Assembly: GCA_964016885.1 (NCBI GenBank)
Contig: OZ024758.1
Location: 12,214,001-12,278,000 of the forward strand
Direction: 5' to 3'
Origin: Eledone cirrhosa
Lineage: Eukaryota
Length of the DNA: 64,000 nt
Below, piece after piece: positions 29,633 to 45,130 of the stretch. Each line of letters begins with the position of its first letter. Positions within the stretch are counted from its first letter, which is position 1. The translations under genes were made by a program, and so were the position numbers. The notes beneath the pieces were generated by a model. It searched no databases, was not told the origin of the DNA, and saw nothing but the letters and a program-made list of their open reading frames with translations.

Positions 29633-29661
29633 TAACGTTTCGGATACTATTCATTCGTCAG
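29633..29661 (-). ncRNA. Degenerate minimal hammerhead core
   Basis: Minus strand: CTGACGA-atgaatagtatcc-GAAACGTTA, preceded by a pyrimidine-rich tract as at 11574; stem II is weak. Confidence 0.4.
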
Positions 29662-29821
29662 AAGGTAGAATGAGAAATAAAAGATGAAATAGAAAGACAG
29701 AGACTATCAAAAGAAAGGAACGAAAAACATTTCTTGTAGGAAAATCACGTGTGTTCAGTCAGTCATTCATTTTGAGGCTAAAAACGCGTATTTGCGCACA
29801 CACACATACACACACACATCC

Positions 29822-29869
<48 letters not shown>

Positions 29870-30676
29870 GTGTGTGTATGTGCGAGTACATGTAAGTACG
29901 TATGTATGTATACGTAGTTTAATGAACAAGTACTATATTTCCTTACCTAGACATGAAACCAGCTGTAGAAAATAAGTTAAGCATCCTGTCTTTGAATACT
30001 TTTTTGCTTTACCATTTAATCTCTATCAACTGAATTCACAGACTTCCTTCTCTTACGATTGACGTGAAGGTCAATACCATATTCATATGGCTGGCATTAT
30101 TTATGCTGCCACTCCTCAGTTGAGCTAAGCTGAACTTGTAGTTATGTTTTTCTCTGTGTCCGCTTGCGAGAATAAGTATCTCTGAACAAATTACGTTTAA
30201 AAATAAAAAATAAAAACTGAAGCTTCAACTTCGTCTGGATAGTAATATCAGTATTTATTTAAGGATAGTTTTGTTAAACAATTACATTGCTGAAGAATCA
30301 TGATAGCCATTTGAAATACACACATATGCCGTTTTATTTACGTTGTGTTTATTTTTGTAGTAGCGAATAATAAGAGGGAAACTGATCACCTTTTTTGAGT
30401 GGAAAACGTCTTGCTAACTGACATACAGCGTCCTCTTCTGTCTCAAGAAAAACCTTTTCCAGCATTATGACTGGGTATAGAAAGTATGCCCCGTTGTTCA
30501 GCTACGGATGCTATATATCTTGAGTTTAGAAAACTCTTCGATAAAATCTATCATATAGATTAACATTCAATGTCTCTCTCGTCACTTAATGACTTTCTCT
30601 AACATACATACATACATACATACATACATACATACATACATACATACATACATACACATATATATATATATATATT

Positions 30677-30820
30677 AGAAAAGGCTGGGGCCCGATAGCT
30701 GAGCTGTCACCGTTTCGACAGCTAACTCCACATTATTTATAATATAATCATACTCTACTATCCAAAGTATCGAGTACTCTGGTGAATAATTGTCCTACTA
30801 GTTTAAAACTGGTTAAATCC
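30677..30820. mobile_element. Diverged family B copy
   Basis: cccgatagctgagctgtcaccgtttcgacagcta and tactctactatccaaagtatcgagtactctggtg. Confidence 0.65.
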
Positions 30821-30837
30821 TTTATATATATATACAT

Positions 30838-30930
30838 AGTTCAAGGAAACAGCAAACAGAGGTACAAAAAGGCATATATATGTATACATATATAAAGATA
30901 TATTCTACCTCTGCTGTTTCCTTGAACTAT
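30838..30930. repeat. Small inverted-repeat element in (TA)n
   Basis: atagttcaaggaaacagca..gaggta / tacctctgctgtttccttgaactat. Confidence 0.7.
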
Positions 30931-31629
30931 ATATATATATGGGGTGGGTGATGATGAGTGACTGAGTTTTCTTTGTCAACCATTCAATCTGTCGGACAAG
31001 CTACAGCATTTTCTGCCTGGAGACGTTTGTGTGTCTGAAATATGTAGTGTTACCTTATGTATGTGCAAGTTCCTACTTCGCTACAGCTGCTGAGCGATAT
31101 CTATCCTAAAGCAACGCACTTGAATTTATCGGGAGCCTCTATCAACAATACTAAAATTCAGATATATTACATTTTACGGTAACAAGCGTACAACAGAAGT
31201 TATCCCCTAACTCATCAAAAACATAGATAAAAACCAACCACATAACAGTCTAAGAATGTTTTAGGCTTATAAATCTCTGACAACCTCTCGGAGAGGCCAC
31301 ACATATACACATATTTCACATAGTGAAGATTGCTAAACAATGTTTAGATATCTTAGTTTGGGAGCTAAATACTTAAGCAGAAACATGTGTTAAACCCTTT
31401 ATAATCAGAAATATACGCCCCACCTGCACCAGACATATAACAATGTTATATACACCTCATCACGTACATATGAATGTTATATATACCTGAGGTAGAGAAA
31501 TGTTTGCAGGCTTGCACACACAATTGAGATCCCGCCAAAGAAAATATTATGATTTTATTCAGCAGCACTATAAACGCTATCTTAGTCTTTCTTCGACCAT
31601 ACGATGTCTCCCTTGTTTTCATCTTAATC

Positions 31630-31897
31630 AATTTGTTCGTGAATTTTTTGTGCATATCCCAGTTTCTGTTGCATGAAGAGACTGAGAGTACAAGACCCCT
31701 AAACTGGATAGGATGCCAGTCCATCGCAGAGTTAAACTCCCAGCTATTGTTGGTACTGACTTTCAACTGAGTATACTGAAGCAACGTGAAATAAAGTGTT
31801 TTTCTCAAGAACACAACAAACAACCTAGTTCTGGAATCGAACCCACGTTATTATGATCGTAAGTGCAACACCCTTACCACAAGGCTACGCTCCTCCA
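31630..31897 (-). mobile_element. tRNA-derived SINE family 2
   Basis: gcaacgtgaaataaagtg...ctcaagaacacaac...ggaatcgaaccc...ccttaccacaaggctacgc. Confidence 0.8.
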
Positions 31898-33674
31898 CTT
31901 TGCATTAGCGGATTTTAATCTATCTTAATAAAACTGACGTCAAGATTGTTTTCTAAAAGTTCAACAACCTATCAAAAAGGAAATTGATATTTTGAATATT
32001 AACTTATTTCTCTAACAGCAATCAGTCAGTACCAATTAATAGCGTAATATCAGTGTATGTATATGTATGTACGTAGGTGCGTACGTATGTATGTACATAC
32101 GTACGTACATACATACGTACATATTTACGTGTGCATGTACGTACGTATTTACGTATGCATGTACGGATATGTACGTACGGATGTTCGTGTATATTTTTAT
32201 ATACATGTATATATATATATTTCTGTGAATATCTTCTTTCTCATTATCTTTCGCTCTTAGTCTTTTCTCTCTTTCTCTCTTTTTCGCCTTACCCTCTCTT
32301 TATTTTGGGAGCAGAAAATTATTTATTTTCGGTTTTATTTTCAAATTTAATTAAGCAATCTCTTTAACTATGCTTCGTTTTTTTGTTTTTGCTTTTTTTT
32401 TGGGGGGGGGTCCGAAGATTTGTACCAAATATGTTGGTTCAAATATTCATGCAGAATACACCAACATATTTGAAAAGGATGTGGACCTGGTACCTTTCGA
32501 AAGATCTGCTTTTCTTCTTGTTTCGTCCAATTTGACTCTGCAGTTTTTATGTCTATAGTTCTCAGCCATCGTTGGCGATCAGTCAATGTTTTCACCTTAG
32601 CATTCATTTACTGATACCCTGATGACGGAGTTTGGTGGTGAAATACGAGTAATTTAGCTGTGGGTGAAGTTCTTCCTAGTGTTTAGCTGTGTTTCTAATG
32701 GTACATGTGCATGACTGTTTGGCAGTATGTTTTTTTGTATCACTGTACATATTAAATGTTTGTGTGTTGATATACAGACATACATACTATATGTTGATAT
32801 ACAGATATATATTTAATGTTTTGTGTAGCTATGTGCTATGTATCTATAAATAAATAAATTATTTACATTTGAAAGTTATTGAAAGTAAAATATTTACCTT
32901 CGAGCACGTCCTTTAGTTATTTAGTACTTGTTATGAAAATAGAATGATAACAGTTGAAATAAATATCTGCAGATTAAGTGATGACAGCTGATGGGATCTA
33001 CGAAACTAAAGTCTCGTGATACACCACACCACCATGATCTGATCTGATTCTACATCTGGGTTCGTTCACATTAGTTTACCTTCGATGTCTTAAAATAAAA
33101 TACACTTTTCTTCTCACATTTAATTTTTTTTATTTTCTCAATTTGTGACTCAGTTTTTATTTATCAAGCCCCAAACATCTAAACGTCTGGCACTGTGAAA
33201 GTTATAAATGAAATAAAAAGGACAACGAAGGAAAAGTGTTATAATGAAACTACATTAAAGTAAGCTATTTACTAAACAGTTATTTAGACATATATATTGC
33301 TATTGTCAGCCTCAGATCATCGATCGTGTAGATTATATGATGAAATGTCTCAACCCGTTATTATTCCACAGTTGTCTGTCCTCCATTATCATTTGTGAGC
33401 GTAGAGAGTGATTTGAAAAAGACGTGGCTGCTATTTCTAGCAGAGAGAAAGTATATTTAACAGTTTCCAACACTAGTTTCTTTACAAATATTATTTACTC
33501 TCTATAATGATATACTATTATATAATATATAATCTAAAACTTTACAGTATACCTTTACAAGATAACTTCTTTAGAAGACTGAAGCACTCCGAAGAATAGC
33601 TCTTCTCTGAAATATCTACATGTTAGAATGTGTAAACGTAATGGAATGGGAAACCAGTCTTCTGGGTGAAATAA

Positions 33675-33880
33675 TGATTTCTAATTTAGGCACAAGGCCA
33701 GCAGTTTATGGAGAGGGAAAGTCGATTATAAAATAATCTACTTTAATAGATTATTTTCTCGACATCGAAAGTCTGAAAGGCCAACCCGACCTCGGTGAAA
33801 TTTTAACTGAGAAAGGAAAAAGCCGAAAGAAACTGCGCCAAGAATTTGCCCGACGCTCTAACGACTCTGTCAATCCTTCT
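33675..33880 (-). mobile_element. Diverged SINE family 1
   Basis: ttaggcacaaggccagca...tgaaaggc...gacctcgg...gacgctctaacgactctg. Confidence 0.7.
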
Positions 33881-34237
33881 TGACGATATAATAAAGAAAA
33901 CCATACTTCCTAACGTCAGAAATAAATTTTACTCTGCAATGTAAATGTCTTGAAATTTAGGCGTTGCTATTAATTAGTAATATTTCAAAATGTTTAATTT
34001 TTTAAAATTAGAAAATAGAACATATTGTGCTACTAAACCCCAAAGAAAAAGCTAATCTTAAAAAAAAATCCAATTTAAATCATGCATCGTAAATAGATTT
34101 CAAATAAAGCTATTTTTATCGGAACAAATGCAATCTACTAAAAGCCGTCTTGTGAATGTTTTCAGATTAAACATAGAGGATATTTGATCTAAAGATAAAG
34201 ATATACAAAATTACAAATAATATATATAATATGAGTT

Positions 34238-34285
<48 letters not shown>

Positions 34286-36151
34286 AGGCCCGAACACAAA
34301 GGAAACAAACTCCCACTATCACTGCCTCCGTCCCTCCTGTCCTCCCCATCTCTCACTATTATGAGCAAATGGGGGCTGGAAGAACATTATATTGCAAGTT
34401 AAAAATAACTGCAAATATAATAGATGTGTTTTCTGTAAATGTGCGACTCATATTTACTTAATGCCAACAATGCATTTTTTTTCTTTCCTGTCTTCATTTT
34501 GTAGTTAAAAGAAAATGCATCACAGAGATAAACGTAGACTAAAGTAACAGGATTTGTTTCAAGTTTGATACCTCCATGAAATATTCACATATTTGTTTCA
34601 ATAGTAGCTGAACCTTGATAAGAAAGGATTCGTTTCTGTCGAAGATCATATTCCATTTAGGTGAGGAAAAAAGGGAAAATTATCCAAGTTAAACCTAGAT
34701 ATAAATGGGAAACGTCAACCCTATAATGGATGAGAGAAATAGCATAGAACTGAGAAATACAAGTAGAACAAAAAGAAAGGAGAAATAGCATATACGTAAG
34801 AAGAATCAAATTCTTAAGACAGCAAAGTGTATTGGGTTTGTAAGTAAGACCTTTATATAAATAGATTTCGCAGGATTTCATGGAAATTTTAACTATTTCG
34901 TTTAATAATTGCATGTAATATAAATGTATATGCATTTTATATAATTTGCAATTGAAATTTGACGCAAAAAGCAAAAGAATTACTTAATGGAAATGTCTGA
35001 AGTAAGGAGTTCTCAATTTCGTTTAATGGAAAATACGTAGGAATCTTTGTGAACATGTAAAGTTAAGTTGAGTAGCAGCTGTGGATATATTTTTCTTTTT
35101 ATATTCTAGCATATTTCTAGACTCTTAGTAGTTCTGAGGCTTTTTAAATTACTGAAATATCTAATTTGGAGAAGGCATTCATTTCTGTAATGTTATAAAA
35201 AGCGAAAATAATGAAAATAATGGTACAGCTGCATAAAACGAATATCCTTGCATTTTTAAGTGTTTTCAATCATTAAACCCTTTCCTACACATATGTATCT
35301 TGTTAAAGGTTCAGACAATAAATCATATAGATAAATTGTTATATATAATATATGAAACGGAACTTTTAGTGTGCAAGACGGGAAATATCTTTTACCACAT
35401 TGTTAACGATTATTTTCCAGAATTTAGATATACATAGCCTTAAAATGTATCTTACGAATTAATATTTTCACAGATTACAGACATCAATAGAAACTGGTGT
35501 TTGTATCCAGTTTCTGACTGCTTAAGAATGTAAAAGATAAGTTTGATTTTTTTTCTCTCTCTCATTTCACTACACATATGCACAATATGGCGACGTGGAA
35601 CGCCCATCTAAATCGAAATTCGGAAGATAAGCGCATTTTCACAAATTTTTAACATACAAGAAAACTTAGATGTATGTGTTACAGAAAAAACATACACACT
35701 TTAAAAAACAGAACATTTTAAAATTAGTGTCAGTATATCTAATGCAAAGAGCATTAAACTCTAACTAAAATGATGTGATGTGAAAGAAACAATATCAGTC
35801 AGGACTTAATATTATTTTAATTATTTTTCACCAAGAACGAGAGACAACTCTGGATATCTTTCAGTATTATTCTTACCTCATCATTAATGCGTATAGAAGC
35901 AGAAATACTTGAGTAACTTTTGTACGCACTCTAGGAAATATGTTAACATTAATGTATATATTGCTTTTGGTTTTATAGATTCTCTGAATTATTCTCTATA
36001 AAGATTAGTGAATGAAGTAAGAAGTATGGTTTATGTTAACTTCTGTTTATCCGACTATTCAACATGTGTTAATCACGTTATACATAATATATGAATTGAA
36101 AATGTAAGTTGTCTTATGGAGAAGTAATTAATCTCAAGAAATGTGTTTTAA

Positions 36152-36207
<56 letters not shown>

Positions 36208-37599
36208 TCGCCCCAGTGATTCTCCATTTCTTATGTGATATATATATATATATATTATTCTATTTCTGCGGAACTTTTACTTCATGTTGTACAGAAATGT
36301 CTTGTAATAACATTCTAGTTTACACGATCAAGAATAGAAACGTCAAATAAAACTTGAGTAAAGATTCTATATTTAATATTCCGCTTCTTTTGTTAACTAG
36401 AAAACTGGCCTGGAAGCGAGTTGCGAAACGAAATACTAAGTCATCTATTTGCACATTTTGTGAGATATGACACAACAGATATAACAGACTCGATCTATTT
36501 TCTTTTCGTTTTTAAACTCTATATGTAAAATTATTTCTATATAACTATGGGTATGTATGTATGTTCGTTTATGTATGTATCTATGTATAGATGGATCGAT
36601 GGATGCATATTCGTATGTATTTATTCATTTATTATATGTATATGTATGTGTATGTATATATATATATGTATATATGTATGTGTATGTATATATACGTGTA
36701 TATATGTGTATGTATATGTGTTTATGTATGTATATATGTGTGTATGTAGAGGCATACAAACCAATGGTGTGCGGTGTGTGTCCAAAGTCAGTGAACTGAA
36801 AACAAACAACATATGTTTCAATAAAAATTCGGTTTATTTATATACAATGCCAAGATTATGAAACTTATGAAAATAGTGAGGAATTAATAACAAGCCCTAA
36901 ATTTACGACACATCTTAGACACATACCAAATTGGTCTTGATGTTCAGGGAAAGGAATTTTCAAGGGCTCTCCTCCTATTAACATTATTAATAAATAGGTC
37001 GGAAACAAAAAGGGCGTAAAATGTTTCTATACGCTCATCCAGTTTTATCCCATCATTTATGTGTGTGTGTGTGTGTGTGTGTCCAAAAGAGTGTATGCAC
37101 TAACGCAATGTAAATATGTATATGCCTATATTTGTAAATATATCAATAAACATATCTATTTACACACAAATCTACACACACACACACACACGCACATATG
37201 GATATATCTATATATATGTGTGTGTGTGTTTGTGTGTGTGTGCGTGTGTATTCACAGCGAGGGATGGAGAGAAAGAGAGGGAGACACACACATATGTATG
37301 TGAATATGTATATATTCACATACATACATACATATATATATACGTTAACGATATAGTTGCCAACTGCGGGAAAACGTGTTCTCTTTACTATTTTTCCATT
37401 GGATATGAATTGGTAAGTGGAACAACCTGAATTAGACTGAGAAAACAAGTATGGAATTATTTGAACTGATGACTTAAAATTTCCTGGAACATTTTTGAAC
37501 TGGTGGCTCAAAAAAGAAAAATATCGATGGCTCAAAAAAGATGAAATATTTTGAACTGATGGTTGAAAAGATCCTGAAAATATTTTGAATTGATGGCTC

Positions 37600-37856
37600 A
37601 AAACAGATGAAATATTTTGTGACTGCTGGCTCAAAGATGAAATATTTTGTGACTGGTGACTCAAAGATGAGATATTTTGTGACTGGTGGCTCAAAGATGA
37701 AATATTTTGTGACTGGTGACTCAAAGATGAAATATTTTGTGACTGGTGACTCAAAGATGAGATATTTTGTGACTGGTGGCTCAAAGATGAAATATTTTGT
37801 GACTGGTGACTCAAAGATGAGATATTTTGTGACTGGTGACTCAAAGATGAAATACT
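37600..37856. repeat. 30-bp minisatellite, ~8 copies, with diverged units from ~37455
   Basis: Unit gatgaaatattttgtgactggtgactcaaa. Confidence 0.95.
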
Positions 37857-38681
37857 TTAAACTGATGATTTAAAATATCTTGAAAATAAAATCTACAAAC
37901 AAATGAAAACCCAAACGGTCTGATATTGTTGTTTGGAACCACAGATTAAAAACAAACTCTGCTGTAAAAGTCACTTGCTCACAGGATGTTAATGTAGTAA
38001 GGAAAATACAGGAGAAGGCGAATGTCAATGGGCCCTTCGTGGGGACTTTGCAAATCCAATGACCTATGTTTACGCTTAGTAAGCGTTTATGTTCAGTAAC
38101 TCCAAAGTTCAATAAAATAAAAATCGATAAAATATGTTAAATACCAGACTTGAAAGAATGGTTTATTGGCGTGCATATATATGATCGACTAAATTCTTTC
38201 GAGCTGGTGCCCCAGCTTGGCCACAGTCTATTGATTGGAAACAGTAAAGGAGTGAAAAGATATAAAAATATATAAATGTGGAAAATTAAGTGACCCAACA
38301 AATATGTATGTCTAACATTGTATAGAATTGTAGTGTTAGTATGTGTGGGAGTGTGTGTATGTGTGTATGGTTCTTTGTGTGTATGTGTGTATGAATACGT
38401 ATACACGTATGTATGGTTTAGCTCGAGAATCTCTGTCATGTAAGTCTTGAATTATGAGACAGGGATTTATAAAGGAGATTATATCAGCCGATAAAATAAA
38501 TAAATGCACATGCGCATATATACGCATACATACATACATACATACATACATACATACATACATACATACATACATACATACATACATAGACACATAAATA
38601 TGTGTGCGCATGCATTACATATATACATGTATGTATATATGCATTCATATATATATGATCATATATGTTTCTATATATATA

Positions 38682-38748
<67 letters not shown>

Positions 38749-38813
38749 CATAAATATATATACACATACATATATATATATGTATATATACATATACATA
38801 AATATATATACAC

Positions 38814-38849
<36 letters not shown>

Positions 38850-39058
38850 GTATACATAAATATATATACACATATACATATATATATATATATGCATATA
38901 TACGTATACATAAATATATATACACATATACATATATATATATATATGCATATATACGTATACATAAATATATATACACATATACATATATATATATATG
39001 TATATATACGTATACATAAATATATATACACACATATATATATATATATATATACACA

Positions 39059-39089
<31 letters not shown>

Positions 39090-39869
39090 GTATATACATA
39101 TACATATACACATATACACATATATATATGTATATACATATACATACATATATATACATATATACATACATATATATACATAGATACATACATATATACA
39201 TATATATATATATACATATTATATATAATGGATAGAGTGGCAACAACCTGGTATTCTCTATAAATCTCCAGAAACATTCTGGTAAATATTAAGAACGACA
39301 TGTTTTATTACAATCTTATGGAATCTATCCACGCTAGAAGTAAGGGTAGCAGGATGAGGTGCTAATAGTGACGTGGGGGATGGGGTGTAGCGAGATAAGT
39401 AAGCGAGGGGAGGGGGGAAAGACAGATAAATTTCTTTACTAGCCACAAGGGCACAAAAGAAGGGGACAAATACAAATGGGGAGTTTACATACAGGTATAT
39501 GAAAATAAAACTATTAATAAAACAACAAATAACAATTGAAATCCCCAATAGGGGGGGAGACGTTAGACAGGGGTTGTACACACCGCGAAAAAATGTACAA
39601 CCCTCATCTCCAGGAGCACCAAGAGTGAGTACTCCCTTCCTCTCTTCCTCTTTTTCCTCAACCTACAGGCTTATATAGAGAGAAGGCCCAACCATAGACA
39701 GATGATAATGGTTGTTGGAGCATATAAACGTGAGGGTGATGGGAAAACATAAGAAGTCTGGGAAGACGAAGTATTGTCGAAGAAGAAGAGTTGGTAGGGA
39801 AATGAAAAATGGTAAAAGAGTAGAACTATGAGTGATAAGTGGATATATATATCCATCTCTCTCTCTTCT

Positions 39870-39954
<85 letters not shown>

Positions 39955-39978
39955 CACCGACTCTATCTCTCTCTCTTC

Positions 39979-40016
<38 letters not shown>

Positions 40017-40187
40017 CCATCTCTCTCTCTCTCTTCCTCTCTCTCTCTATATATATATATATATAATTTCACCGACTCTCTCTCTCTATACATATATATA
40101 TATCCATCTCTCTCTCTCTTCCTCTCCCTCTCTCTCTCACACATTCTCTCTCTATATATATATATGTATATGTATATATACACCTTA

Positions 40188-40228
<41 letters not shown>

Positions 40229-40271
40229 CACCTCTCTCTTCCTCTCTCTCTCTCTATATATATATATACAC

Positions 40272-40313
<42 letters not shown>

Positions 40314-40319
40314 CTCGCT

Positions 40320-40369
<50 letters not shown>

Positions 40370-40390
40370 CTCTCTCGAGAGAGAGAGAGA

Positions 40391-40428
<38 letters not shown>

Positions 40429-40683
40429 GAGAGAGAGAGAGAGAGAGACTGACAAGAAGGTGTAGTAAAGCGGGTAGCTGCAATGGTGGTGATATGTGGG
40501 TGGATGTGTAGAGTAGAAGAGGAACGTGAGAAAGTAAAAAGTTGGGAATGGCATTTCCAAGAAAAGAAGGATTTACTGGAGGATATCTTTCGAGATAAAA
40601 CAGGATATTTCATGAACGAATTACACTTAGAGCTTTAATAGGGATCTTATCTTTCAAAGACGCAGTAATTATGTGCTAGTTAA

Positions 40684-40974
40684 TACATGGTGGCTGCCAA
40701 CTCGTTTTCGAGTACGGCCACTACTTTATATCCATGTAGAAGAACCCCTACCGATGCGCTGAACGAGTGTGACTTTTTAGTCCAGCCAGCGACTTGAACA
40801 CTCTGGTACAAACACTACACTTGTGACAATTACTGACACATAGTGCTGGGCCCATGGTACCATGTGACGACAAGTGCAGAGAGATCTCCAGATATAAAGC
40901 AATGCCTGTGTCGTGAAGCTTTTATAGTGAGAAAAGGCACTGCACAGAGCCAGTCCCACTCTCTTAACCAAGAT
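40684..40974. repeat. Interspersed repeat family A, copy 2 (truncated at a SINE junction)
   Basis: Matches 46449-46740. Confidence 0.85.
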
Positions 40975-41145
40975 GGCACAAGGCCAGCAGCTATCCCAGT
41001 GTATTACTGGTACTTTATTTTATCGACCCCCGTAAGGATGAAAGGCACAGTTAACCTCGGCGGGATTTGAACTCAGTCCGTAAAGAGACGTAACTATGCT
41101 GCAAAGCATGGCGTCCGACCCTCTACCGATACTGCCAATCCACCG
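40975..41145 (-). mobile_element. SINE family 1
   Basis: Reverse complement of the family consensus. Confidence 0.9.
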
Positions 41146-41618
41146 TAGTACACATTTTAATAAAGGAATGAATGACACATTTGGTAATGGTATGCCAAAA
41201 ACAAACGTAAAGGAGAGTCGAGGCTGGAATGGACAGGTCAATCTGTGCATAAATGAACCTAAACAACAGCGAAAACAACAACAACTGTATTTTGATATAG
41301 TACGAAATAACTTTAACCTTAGACTTACAAGTTTCGTTTCTAAGACACTATCTCATTTATGGGAATAAAATAAAGACATTATTACGGAAAATAACTTCTT
41401 TGTTGTTTAGGAATTCTAGAGCGAAATAAGTTAACCTGGAATAAATACATCCATCAACTGTGATGATTAAGAAACATGCTTAAAGGGAAGACTACTTATC
41501 TTCAATAGTGAAAGGAGTATAATTATTATATTTTTACGAGATTTTCTATGAATGGATATTGTTTCTAACTTTTATGTGGCGCCATTTCATATTCCTTAAA
41601 TAAACCGAAATGAACTAA

Positions 41619-41685
<67 letters not shown>

Positions 41686-41749
41686 GGTGGTGATAGTAGT
41701 GGTGGTATTGAGGGTTCCTGCATCACGGGTCCAAAATCTAAAATCAAAA

Positions 41750-42050
41750 GCCTTCTCATTCCTGTTGGAGGTACCCCTCCCTGGTTGACCTCCACCACTT
41801 CCTATCTCTGGCCATATTGAACCATGTGGACCCGAGGTATCGTGCCATCTGGCCTTTGACTGCCTTCTGGTTCTTCTCCACTGCCTTAGTGTCCACTCTG
41901 TCACTCTAATAACCCCACCTGTTGTCTATGAACGAGAGACGTGTTCAGGTCAACTATGTTTACCCTTCTTAATGGTCTCAATTATGTCCTTCACGCCAGT
42001 CTCCTGTTGAAACCAGGTATTGCTCTTCCTGTCACGTAAGGTGATGCCTT
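41750..42050 (-). mobile_element. Decayed RTE-clade LINE 3' end
   Basis: Minus strand reads RVTEWTLRQWRRTRRQSKARWHD and, after a frameshift, STWFNMARDRKWWRSTREGY. Confidence 0.7.
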
Positions 42051-42329
42051 ATATATCTCTGATGATTAAATGTGGATTCAAATACTGATGAGGTCAACTC
42101 TGCATTTCATCGTTCCACAATTAATAAAATAAAGGGCCCTCAAGTAGTGAGTCATTTTTTTTTTTTTTTTTTTTTACTTTTCCCCTTCTCCCCAAATTGT
42201 TAGTCTTGTCCCTAAATTAGTATCAGATCTGTATATACGTAACTTTCTTTCTATACTTACTTATCCGTCCTGCTCTCTCCCTTTTCTCTTTCTCTCTATC
42301 AATCCATCTATCTGTCCATCTATCTATCT

Positions 42330-42562
42330 ATCCATCCATTCCTCCCTCTATCCCTCCATTCCTCCCTCTATCCCTATATCCATCTGTCCCTCTATCCCTC
42401 CCTCTATCCCTCCATCCCTCTATCCCTCCATTCCTCCCTCTATCCCTCCATTCCTCCCTCTATCCCTCTACCCCTATATCCATCTGTCCCTCTATCCCTC
42501 CATTCCTCCCTCTATCCCTCCATTCCTCCCTCTATCCCTCCATTCCTCCCTCTATCCCTCTA
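42330..42562. repeat. 20-bp pyrimidine-rich minisatellite
   Basis: Unit tatccctccattcctccctc. Confidence 0.9.
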
Positions 42563-42957
42563 TCGTTCATTTCTATTCCACTTTCTCACCTTCCAACTCC
42601 CCTCCATGACATTACATTAAAATACCTTCACTCTACACACTCACATAAAACTATAACAAAAACAAGTCTCTCATTTATCTCCTTTCCTAATCACATCCAA
42701 CCTAATCCTTTCTAATCTTCAAAGAAATATTAATTGCTTCGTTCTCATAAACATTTATACTCTTCTATTTAGGAAGGTTTCGGATGGTTTAGGGTCGGGA
42801 TCTCTCGCTCCGGAACTAACACACAAAGGTTCTCTATATATCTTATATCTTTCATGTGTAATGTTTGTATATGATATTGGAAATGGGCGTATAGTTGTCA
42901 GTTGGTTGGTCTCACGTTATCGTAGTCGGACGGGAAACAAAAAGCACAAATTGTATC

Positions 42958-43570
42958 TTCATCATCATCATCATCATCATCATTATCATCTTCATTATCA
43001 TCATTATCATCATCATTATCATCTTCATCATCATCATTATCATCATCATTATCATCATCATTATCATTATCATCATCATCATCATTATCATCTTCATCAT
43101 CATCATTATCATCATCATTATCATCATCATCATCACCGTCATCATCATCAACATAAATACTATCATCACTATCATCATCATCATAATCATCATCGTAATC
43201 AACATCATCGTCATCAATATCATCATCATCAATATCATCATCATCAATAGTATCATCATCTTCCTAATCACCACCAACATCATCATCATCAACATAAATA
43301 CTATCATCATCAACATTATCATCATCATCATATCTTCTTAATCAACATCATCGTAATCAACATCATCATCATCATCAATATTATCATCATCATCATCATC
43401 ACCATCATCATCTTCCTAAACATCACCATCATCATCACCATCATCATCATCAACATAAATACTATCATCACTATCATCATCATCATCATATCTTCGTAAT
43501 CATCATCATCATCATCATCATCATCGTAATCAACATTAACACTAGTATCATCATCATCATCATCACCATA
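42958..43570. repeat. (ATC)n imperfect trinucleotide tract
   Basis: Directly visible; explains the poly-H/I/M ORFs. Confidence 0.95.
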
Positions 43571-43889
43571 ATCCTAATGCACGTGTGTGTATATACCTAC
43601 TTTATATAAAATGATAAACGAGCCCCAATCTCAATATGAAAGACCCAATTCTTCATGCTCGTGGCAGACGACAAACCCTTTATTGTTATTTCACACACAG
43701 ACAATTGTTTAATCTAGAAACTTCTTAGTCAACTAAGTATTATATTACATAAGCAATATTAAATGACCTCAAATATCGTTTGATATTATTTTCCTGTTGA
43801 TGATACGCCATATTTAGAGTAAAATATTTACATCGTTCTCCAACGATACTTCTCTTCATGACCCTGCTATAAAAAATGATTTCGTTGAT

Positions 43890-44011
43890 ATACGTATATT
43901 AAATATATATATATATATATATACGTATATTATATATATATATATATATATACGTATATTATATATATATATATATATATCGTATATTATATATATATAT
44001 ATATATATACG

Positions 44012-44044
<33 letters not shown>

Positions 44045-44046
44045 CG

Positions 44047-44084
<38 letters not shown>

Positions 44085-44085
44085 G

Positions 44086-44123
<38 letters not shown>

Positions 44124-44382
44124 GTATATTATATATATATATATATATATACGTATATTATATATATATATATATATATACGTATATTATATATATATAT
44201 ATATACGTAATATATATAGTATATATATATATATATATACGTATATTATATATATATATATATACGTATATTATATATATATATATATATATATACGTAT
44301 ATTATATATATATATATATACGTATATTATATATATATATATATATACGTATATTATATATATATATATATATACGTATATT

Positions 44383-44456
<74 letters not shown>

Positions 44457-44543
44457 CGTATATTATATATATATATATATATACGTATATTATATATATA
44501 TATATATATACGTATATTATATATATATATATATATATATACG

Positions 44544-44591
<48 letters not shown>
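43890..44591. repeat. (TA)n array periodically interrupted by cgtatatta
   Basis: Directly visible. Confidence 0.9.
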
Positions 44592-44602
44592 GCTGGATAT
44601 AA

Positions 44603-44788
44603 GGGCGGTGGATTAGCAGTATCGGTAGAGGGTCGGACGCCATGCTTTGACGCATAGAGTTACGGCCATTGCCATTCCGAGTTCAAATCCCGCCGAGATT
44701 AACTTTGCCTTTCATCCTTACGGGGTCGATAAAATAAAGTACCAGTAATACACTGGTTAATTGCTGGCCTTGTGCCAAAAGTAGAAAC

Positions 44789-44793
<5 letters not shown>
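44603..44793 (+). mobile_element. SINE family 1, full length
   Basis: A/B boxes, core and tail all present. Confidence 0.9.
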
Positions 44794-44822
<29 letters not shown>

Positions 44823-44871
44823 CTGTTATAAATTCTGGCAATATTACACAAATATGACCCTCCCCAAGTAT

Positions 44872-44908
<37 letters not shown>

Positions 44909-45130
44909 CTGACAAATTTACATACAAAAGTATGTATATGCATGGGTGTGTATATTGTATTGTAGTTCAAGATTTCTTAGCATTTATGACTGTATACACC
45001 CATATTTATCTCTCTCTCCCTCTCTCTCTCTCTCGATATATAGTGAGTGTGTTCTGTTATTATTTCTGGCAATATTATTACAACAATATTACCCTCCCCA
45101 AGTATAGCAATATATATATACACATACATA

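Noticed and set aside
32368-32607. Minus-strand ORF with ESNWTK faintly like a PLE GIY-YIG C-terminus
   Set aside because: Too little similarity to support without a profile search.
32620-32655. CTGATGA...GAAA as a hammerhead (also CTGACGA at ~59589-59595 on the minus strand)
   Set aside because: Stems I-III cannot be paired convincingly, or GAAA is missing.
42861-43341. Poly-His / poly-Ile / poly-Met ORFs
   Set aside because: (ATC)n tract; no splice or domain evidence.
44603-44700. tRNA genes at the A/B-box motifs
   Set aside because: The motifs are heads of multi-copy SINEs; no intact cloverleaf.
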